Source of the DNA: an uncultured Pseudomonadota bacterium
GTDB taxonomy: Bacteria > Oederibacteriota > Muellerivitia > Muellerivitales > Muellerivitaceae
DNA: 64,000 nt
Direction of reading: 5' to 3'
NCBI GenBank assembly: GCA_963836235.1
Contig: CAWIIP010000002.1
Span: forward strand, 1,600,001 to 1,664,000
Part shown: positions 58,269 to 64,000 of the stretch, piece after piece
How positions within the stretch are numbered: the first letter of the stretch is position 1
Layout of the letters: the number at the start of each line of letters is the position of its first letter
Notes under the pieces: model-generated
Told to the model about the DNA's origin: nothing
Seen by the model: the letters and a program-made list of their open reading frames with translations, nothing else
Databases searched by the model: none
Program-made: the position numbers and the translations under genes

Positions 58269-59795
58269 TTGATCCTATCCCTGCTTATCGGCCTGCCAGT
58301 TTTGGGTGCTTTATTGGTGGGATTTTTCCCCCAGGTCAAAGCCACCAAAACGCTTTCGCTTTTGGTTTCGGCCACCACTTTTGTTTTTTCACTGTCGCTT
58401 TACAGCCGCTTCGATACCTCGGACAGCGGGTTCCAATTCAAGGAACTGGTGGACCTGGTGCCGAATTTCGGCATCCACTATAGCTTGGGGTTGGACGGCC
58501 TTTCCCTTTGGCTCATTCTTTTGACGACCTTTATCACGCCCCTGGTGATCCTCGGCAGTTTCAGCGCGGTCCAGAAAAACCTCCGGGGTTTTTACGCCTG
58601 CCTGCTTCTGTTGGAAGCCGCGATGATTGGCACACTGGCCTCGACGGATATTTTCCTCTTTTATCTTTTTTGGGAACTGATGCTGATCCCGGCTTTTTTC
58701 CTCATCGGGGTCTGGGGCGGACCCAACCGGGTGAAGGCGACGATCAAGTTCGTGCTCTTCACCATGCTAGGGTCTCTTCTGATGCTGGCGGCCCTGATTT
58801 ACGTCACCCACGAAGTGAAAAGCTTCGACTACGCAACAATCTTCGAGCACGCTTTTCCGCAAGACGTTCAGTTTTGGTGCTTCCTCGCCTTCGCCCTGGC
58901 TTTTCTCATCAAGGTCCCGCTTTTTCCCTTCCACGCCTGGCTGCCCGATGCCTATACCGAGGCGCCGGCGGGCGGCACGGTGATGCTGTCTTCCCTCATG
59001 GTCAAGCTGGGGGTTTACGGACTGTTGCGCTTTTGCATCCCGCTTTTCCCCGACGCGGCGAAGGCCTTTGCGCCTTGGATCATGGTGCTGGCCGTGCTGG
59101 GGGTGGTTCACGGGGCGCTGATGGCTTCCATCCAGACGGACTTCAAGCGCATGGCGGCCTATTCGTCCCTCTCGCATATGGGGTTGATCGTGCTGGGGAT
59201 ATTTACCTTCTCGTTGACGGGCCTTCAGGGGGGCGTCCTGCAAATGATCGGTCATGGGATTTATATGGCGGGTATATTCCTCTTAATGGGCCTGCTTTAT
59301 GAGCGCCGTGAATCGCACGAAATGGGCGTTTTCGGCGGGATCGCCAAGGCGACACCCCTTTTAGCGGCGGCCTTTCTTTGGATGATGCTTTCGGCGGCGG
59401 GCTTGCCCGGCTTCGCCGGTTTTGTGGGCGAGATTTTGCTCCTGCTCTCCGCCTATAAAGCGGCTCCCTGGCTGGCCATCATCGCAATCACGGGATTCGT
59501 CTTATCGGCCTGGTATTTGTTTAACTTTTACGGGAAGGTTTTCTTCGGCCCTCTCAAGAAAGAAAACCAGAAACTTCATGACCTCTCCCTGAGCGAGGGG
59601 CTGTCCCTCCTGCCCCTGGCCCTGGCGGCCCTTTGGATCGGGTTGAACCCGAACTTTTTCCTGGCACCGATGGAAAAGTCCCTTCAAATGAAGGTGATCG
59701 AGAAACTCAAGCCCCCGCCTCCGATGACGGACTTCGCCGCCCAACAAAGGCGGGTCCAAGAAGAGATGGATAAAGACAAGAAAAGGAAGAGGTAA
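58269..59795 (+). CDS. nuoM: NADH-quinone oxidoreductase subunit M
   Basis: FWELML, KVPLFPFHAWLPDA and AYSSLSHMG motifs. Start probably TTG 58269. Confidence 0.94.
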   Translation: MILSLLIGLPVLGALLVGFFPQVKATKTLSLLVSATTFVFSLSLYSRFDTSDSGFQFKELVDLVPNFGIHYSLGLDGLSLWLILLTTFITPLVILGSFSAVQKNLRGFYACLLLLEAAMIGTLASTDIFLFYLFWELMLIPAFFLIGVWGGPNRVKATIKFVLFTMLGSLLMLAALIYVTHEVKSFDYATIFEHAFPQDVQFWCFLAFALAFLIKVPLFPFHAWLPDAYTEAPAGGTVMLSSLMVKLGVYGLLRFCIPLFPDAAKAFAPWIMVLAVLGVVHGALMASIQTDFKRMAAYSSLSHMGLIVLGIFTFSLTGLQGGVLQMIGHGIYMAGIFLLMGLLYERRESHEMGVFGGIAKATPLLAAAFLWMMLSAAGLPGFAGFVGEILLLLSAYKAAPWLAIIAITGFVLSAWYLFNFYGKVFFGPLKKENQKLHDLSLSEGLSLLPLALAALWIGLNPNFFLAPMEKSLQMKVIEKLKPPPPMTDFAAQQRRVQEEMDKDKKRKR

Positions 59796-61227
59796 TGAAT
59801 TTTTCCTGCCCGGAATTTTCGGGCATTGCTGCCCCTTTGGCTGGTTTCGGGGGGAGCTCTTCTTTTACTTTTAGTGGAAGTCCTTCTTCATGAAGAGGGC
59901 CGCAAAATAGCCCCCCTTTTAACCGGAACCATCCTAGTGATGTCTTTAGGAAGCGTCTTCCATTTGCTTTCCATGAGGGGCCATGGCGGGGTCTCTTTTC
60001 AACGGGACGGTGGTGGTGGATTATTATTCCCTGACGCTGGAGGGAATCTGCCTCTTGTCGGCGCTCTTGACCTGCGTTTTTTCCGCCTCTTATTTGAAAA
60101 GGAAAAAGGCGGTGACGGGTGAATTTTACGCCCTCCTGCTTTTGGCGGTGGCCGGCATGTTCACGCTGGTCCTGGCCGCCGACTTCCTTACTTTTTTCGT
60201 GGGACTGGAACTGATGTCCCTGGCCGGTTACATCCTCGCGGGATACCTGCGGGTGAAGGAACGGTCCACCGAGGCGGCCCTCAAGTATTTTATGTTGGGG
60301 GTTTTCGCTTCCGGGTTCTTGCTTTACGGCATCGCGGTGCTTTACGGGGTTTCGGGAACCATTCATTTTCCCGACCTGCGGCACTATTTAGAACAGGGCC
60401 ACCTTTCCTCGCCTTTCGTGGAACTGGGTGTGGCTTTTCTTTTAGTGGGCCTGGGATTCAAGGTGGCCCTCGTTCCTTTCCACGGCTGGGCGCCGGACGT
60501 CTATGACGGGGCCCCTGCGCCCGTCTCCGCTTTCCTTTCCACGGGAGTGAAGGCCGCCGCCTTCGGAGCTTTCGCCCGGCTTTTCACCGAGGCCTTCGGC
60601 CTGCCGGGTAACTGGATTCCTGTTTTCGCCGTCCTGGCGGTCCTCACCATGACCTTGGGCAATCTGGGGGCCTTGGGACAATCGAGCGTCAAGCGGATGC
60701 TGGGCTACTCCAGCGTGGCCCACGCGGGATACCTGATGGTGGGCCTGGCCGCGGCGTCCCTGGCGCCCGCGGATGAAGTAGAAAGAGCGGTGGCTTTTTA
60801 CCTTTTAGCTTATACGCTCATGACCTCCGGGGCTTTCGGCTGGATGGCCTGGGCATCGGGCAAGGGTGAAAAGGGAACGGGCTTCGGGGATATCCAAGGC
60901 TTGGGCTTGCGGTACCCCTGGATGGGAATCATGATGGCGATCTTCATGTTTTCCCTGGCGGGCATGACGCCCACCGCCGGATTCTTCGGGAAGTACTACC
61001 TTTTTAAGCTGGCAATGGATCATGGATTGATGGGGCTAGTTTTAATCGCCCTCTTGAACAGCTTTCTGTCCGCCTATTACTACCTGCGGGTGGTGGTTAC
61101 TCTCTATATAAGTCCGGTGGAAGAAAAGGAAACGCCCCCCCTTTCACCCACTTGGGACTTGCGACTGACATTTCTGCTTTGCGGTTTAGGCGTGCTGGCT
61201 GCGGGGTTTTTGAAGTTTCCCTTCTGA
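59795..61227 (+). pseudogene. nuoN: NADH-quinone oxidoreductase subunit N, frameshifted in this sequence (probably sequencing error)
   Basis: EAALKYF, FKVALVPFH.WAPDVYDGAP and KRMLGYSS lie in 59983-61227. The first two TM helices lie in another frame (59826-~59980), and the coupled ATG 59795 in a third. Confidence 0.85.
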
Positions 61228-61240
61228 AAAACGAAGGTTT

Positions 61241-61352
61241 TTGAACCACCAAGGGCACCAAGAATGGCGAAAACTCAAAATTTCGATTTCAAGATTTCTC
61301 TTTATTCCACGTTTTCGTTTTTCTTGGCGAACATGGTGTCCTTGGTGATTAA
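61241..61352. repeat. Palindromic MITE/REP-like element, family 1 (second copy)
   Basis: TTGAACCACCAAGGGCACCA ... TGGTGTCCTTGGTGATTAA. Confidence 0.7.
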
Positions 61353-61376
61353 ACCCGGTTACATTTTGGAGGTTTT

Positions 61377-61676
61377 ATGAAAGTCATCGCCGATCTTTGT
61401 GTCGTTCCCTTGGGAGTGGGCGTATCGGTCTCCGAATATGTGGCCGCTTGCGAGAAGGTTTTGAAAGAGGCGGGGCTTAAAACCCAGCTTCACGCCTATG
61501 GCACCAACATTGAAGGGGAGTGGGACGCGGTTTTCGCCGCCATCAAAAAATGCCACGAAGTTGTCCATCAAATGGGCGCCCCCCGCATTTCCACCACCCT
61601 CAAATTCGGCACGCGGACGGACCGGGACCAAAGCATGGAAGAAAAAGTAAAAAGCGTCGAAAAACGCCTCCCCTAA
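61377..61676 (+). CDS. MTH1187/UPF0045 thiamine-binding family protein
   Basis: VSVSEYVA, HAYGTNIEGEW, GAPRI and RTDR motifs. Confidence 0.92.
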   Translation: MKVIADLCVVPLGVGVSVSEYVAACEKVLKEAGLKTQLHAYGTNIEGEWDAVFAAIKKCHEVVHQMGAPRISTTLKFGTRTDRDQSMEEKVKSVEKRLP

Positions 61677-61816
61677 AGCCTTTATTATTCAAAGGATAAT
61701 CCCCCGCCGTAAGCCTTGTTTTATTCAATAAACTAAACCGGAAAAATAAGATAAACTTGAACCGGGTCGAGCTTTCCTTGTCGGGAAAGCTTTTATGTCA
61801 TGGGGGGAGAGAAGCT

Positions 61817-62278
61817 ATGCGGAGGGCGCGGAAAAATCCTCAAGGGTTTACTTTGATCGAATTGATGATCGTGGTCGCGATCATCGGCATCCTGTCAGCT
61901 ATCGCGATTCCGCGCTTCGCCCAGATGCTGGAAAAATCCAGGGAAGGCCAAACGAGGGGCAATCTCAACAGCATTCATTCAGCGGCGGCCATCTATTATG
62001 GCGACCAAAGGGGCGTCTGGCCCTCGACTCTCAACACCTACTCCAGTTTTGCTTTCAGCGAATATCTCGATAATGTCGACGCCGTCAAGGTCACCGGCGC
62101 TTTTGTCGCCGGGTCCACCAGCCCGACTGGGTCCCTGGTCACGATGACGGTCCAAGCCGGTGCCCCAGTGGATAGTTCAACCGGCTGGCTTTATGACAGC
62201 ACGAACGGTGAATTTTACGTCAACAGTACCGTTACGGATTCCAAAGGCATTCCTTATTCCTTTTATGGGTTTGAGTAA
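61817..62278 (+). CDS. Type IV pilin / GspG-like pseudopilin
   Basis: QG|FTLIELMIVVAIIGILSAIAIP, 'IYYGDQRGVWP' and GWLYD motifs. Confidence 0.9.
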   Translation: MRRARKNPQGFTLIELMIVVAIIGILSAIAIPRFAQMLEKSREGQTRGNLNSIHSAAAIYYGDQRGVWPSTLNTYSSFAFSEYLDNVDAVKVTGAFVAGSTSPTGSLVTMTVQAGAPVDSSTGWLYDSTNGEFYVNSTVTDSKGIPYSFYGFE

Positions 62279-62369
62279 CCGGGCTCGTCTAGTTTAAAAC
62301 CCTTTCCAACCCAAGGCGTCCAAGAACCCAACTACTTTTTGAATAGTCATTTGAGACGTTCCGCTTTTA

Positions 62370-63515
62370 TTAAAAGGTAAATCCGAACCTGAATTCGGGA
62401 AGGATATAAGGAAAGGGAACTGTCGTTGTCGTCGGCACGAACGAAGTCGTGTAACCCGAGCCGTTGTATTGAATAACCTCCGTCGCATTATGGACGAAGA
62501 TGACCGCCACCCCCAGCTTCCAGCCCAACTCCATCGTGAAGCCATCCATGGGAAGGGTCCGGAACCCGAATAGGTAACCCAACCCCAGGACGTCGAAATC
62601 GGTATTCTGGTATCCGTCGGCTAACGAGCCTTGGTGCAACCCGAAATAAATAAAACTGAATCCCTGGTAGGTGGTCAGCCCGCTGGGAGCTGAATAAAAC
62701 TTGATCCGGGGTTCCAAATAAATCAAGTCCCCCGGGATGGAGACGGGTTGACTGATGTAATAATTCCCGTTCACGAGGGACTCCTCATAATCGGTAGTGG
62801 GTAAAGGAACGTAGAAAAAAGCCAAACCGAGGTTCGTGGTCGGGTCGAGAAAAACTCCCAAATCCAGGTTGGCGAATGTCGGGGTCAGGATGCCGAAATC
62901 CAAAGTGAAATGCGGGGATAAATAATCGCTTTGGGGAGCGCCGTATTTGGCGATGAATTGTTCATCGCCCGCGAGCGTCTGGTTTTCGCTCTCCAGTTTC
63001 AGCCCTTCCCGGCTTCGCTCCTCCATGAGCTTGGCTGCGTAAAAATCGGTTAGTAGGGAATGGTCCTGGGGGTTCATCTTCTCGGCCTGGACCTTCGACT
63101 GGGCGTCCTCCAGCGCCCTGGAATAGAGGCTGGAGGAAGGGGGTGGGTTATTTAACGTCGAGCTGGAATTCAAGACCGGGACAGGAGGCGCGCCTCCTAA
63201 CTTACTCCTCAAAGATTCCGCGAAAGACTTCAGCTTGGGGTTGTCGGGATGGATCGCCAGGCTTTGGTCAAAGGCCGTAAGGGCGGCCTGGAGCTTGTCT
63301 TGATGGTAAAGGCAATTGCCCAGCACTTGATAGGCCCGCCAATTTTGGGGGTCGGCCTGGACGGCCGCCGTCAGGTTTTGCACCCCCTCGTCTAACCGGT
63401 TGTTTTAGTAGGAAGATGAGCCCGCGTCGTAATATTCCTGGGAGGTCATGGCCGAAGCGGTGGAGGTAATGCCAAGGGAAAGACCTAGCCAAAAGAGAAT
63501 TGCCGGGTTACGCAT
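62370..63515 (-). pseudogene. TPR + outer-membrane beta-barrel protein with in-frame nonsense codon
   Basis: ATG 63515 gives signal peptide MRNPAILFWLGLSLGITSTASA, then in-frame TAA at 63405-63407, then TPR and a barrel-like C-terminus ending FRFGFTF. Confidence 0.75.
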
Positions 63516-63550
63516 ATGGGTCCGTTTGACGAATAAGTAGTATTAAAATA

Positions 63551-64000
63551 GCTGAATTCAACCAGTAAGTGCAACACCTAGACGAAAGACCTGCTCCGGC
63601 GTTTTGAAGCGAAGGCACTTGCGTGGACGGCTGTTGAGAGCCCGCTCCACACGTCGCACGTTCGCTGGAGTTATGGTAGCAAAATCGGTTTTCTTTGGAT
63701 AGAAGCGCCGCACCAAACCATTAGTGTTTTCGACGGTTCCCTTTTCCCAACTGTGGAAAGGAAGACAGAAAAAGGAACGGGTTCCTAAGAGATTGTTAAC
63801 TTGAAGATGCTCGATGTTTTCAGAGCCGTTGTCGTAAGTAATGGTCCGGCGTAACCCCTTCGGAAAGAGGGTGAGCCGTCGATTGATAGCTGCTCGTGTT
63901 TTCGAAGCGGACTTTTGAGGCAACCAGGCGAGTTTCACGAGGCGGCTTTTTCGTTCGACCATCACCAAAAGGGAGGCTTTACTTTTTCTGGAGATGATGG
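63551..64000 (-). mobile_element. IS30 family element, 3' part (transposase stop at 63558; truncated by window edge)
   Basis: TITYDNGSE, SWEKGTVENTNGLVRRFYPK, LNSRPRKCL and terminal VAL motifs. IS30-type end GTTGCACTT..TTGAAT. Confidence 0.93.

Noticed and set aside
63405-63407. Recoded stop (Sec/Pyl or alternative genetic code)
   Set aside because: The codon is TAA, which ends many genes in this window normally.
1-64000. tRNA, rRNA, prophage or integron
   Set aside because: No cloverleaf or rRNA signatures, phage genes, integrase or attC array recognised; intergenic gaps are short.

Overview
Gene-dense 64-kb bacterial chromosomal window. It comes from a diderm organism (outer-membrane beta-barrels are present). 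The style of its secreted proteins (Thr/Pro-rich stalks, FlgD-Ig/CTD-like C-termini, PorV-like barrels, GT-C+TPR proteins) is reminiscent of candidate phylum FCPU426 and relatives; this is inference only. From left to right it holds: an 11-PAS histidine kinase; GT39-like and TPR proteins; a rhodanese/MauE pair; AI-2E, AKR, Nudix and NYN genes; an SOS locus (lexA, unknown gene and SplB-like radical SAM on the minus strand, divergent from radC and two small paralogs); fabI, Dabb and xth; a ~16-kb surface-structure cluster; phhB; a DUF5939-type adenylate cyclase; dedA; an ABC pair; DUF1259; gnd; an OMP; a Rex-boxed nuoA-N operon (nuoN frameshifted); a type IV pilin; a nonsense-interrupted TPR/barrel gene; and a partial IS30. 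The surface cluster encodes a PilX-like gene in two ORFs with a Thr-rich stalk, a 1347-aa giant pilin, a PilW-like pilin, a 2008-aa FN3 protein with a T9SS-like CTD and a PorV-FN3 fusion. The two best novelty candidates are (1) the SOS locus, with an apparently catalytically dead RAYT/Y1-transposase-fold protein inside the lexA operon and a 50-bp dyad holding two candidate new SOS boxes (GWATAC-N4-GTATWC) over mirror-image promoters, and (2) the minor-pilin plus CTD-cargo/PorV cluster. No rRNA, tRNA or CRISPR array was recognised. All family calls are from motif recognition by eye; no database search was run.
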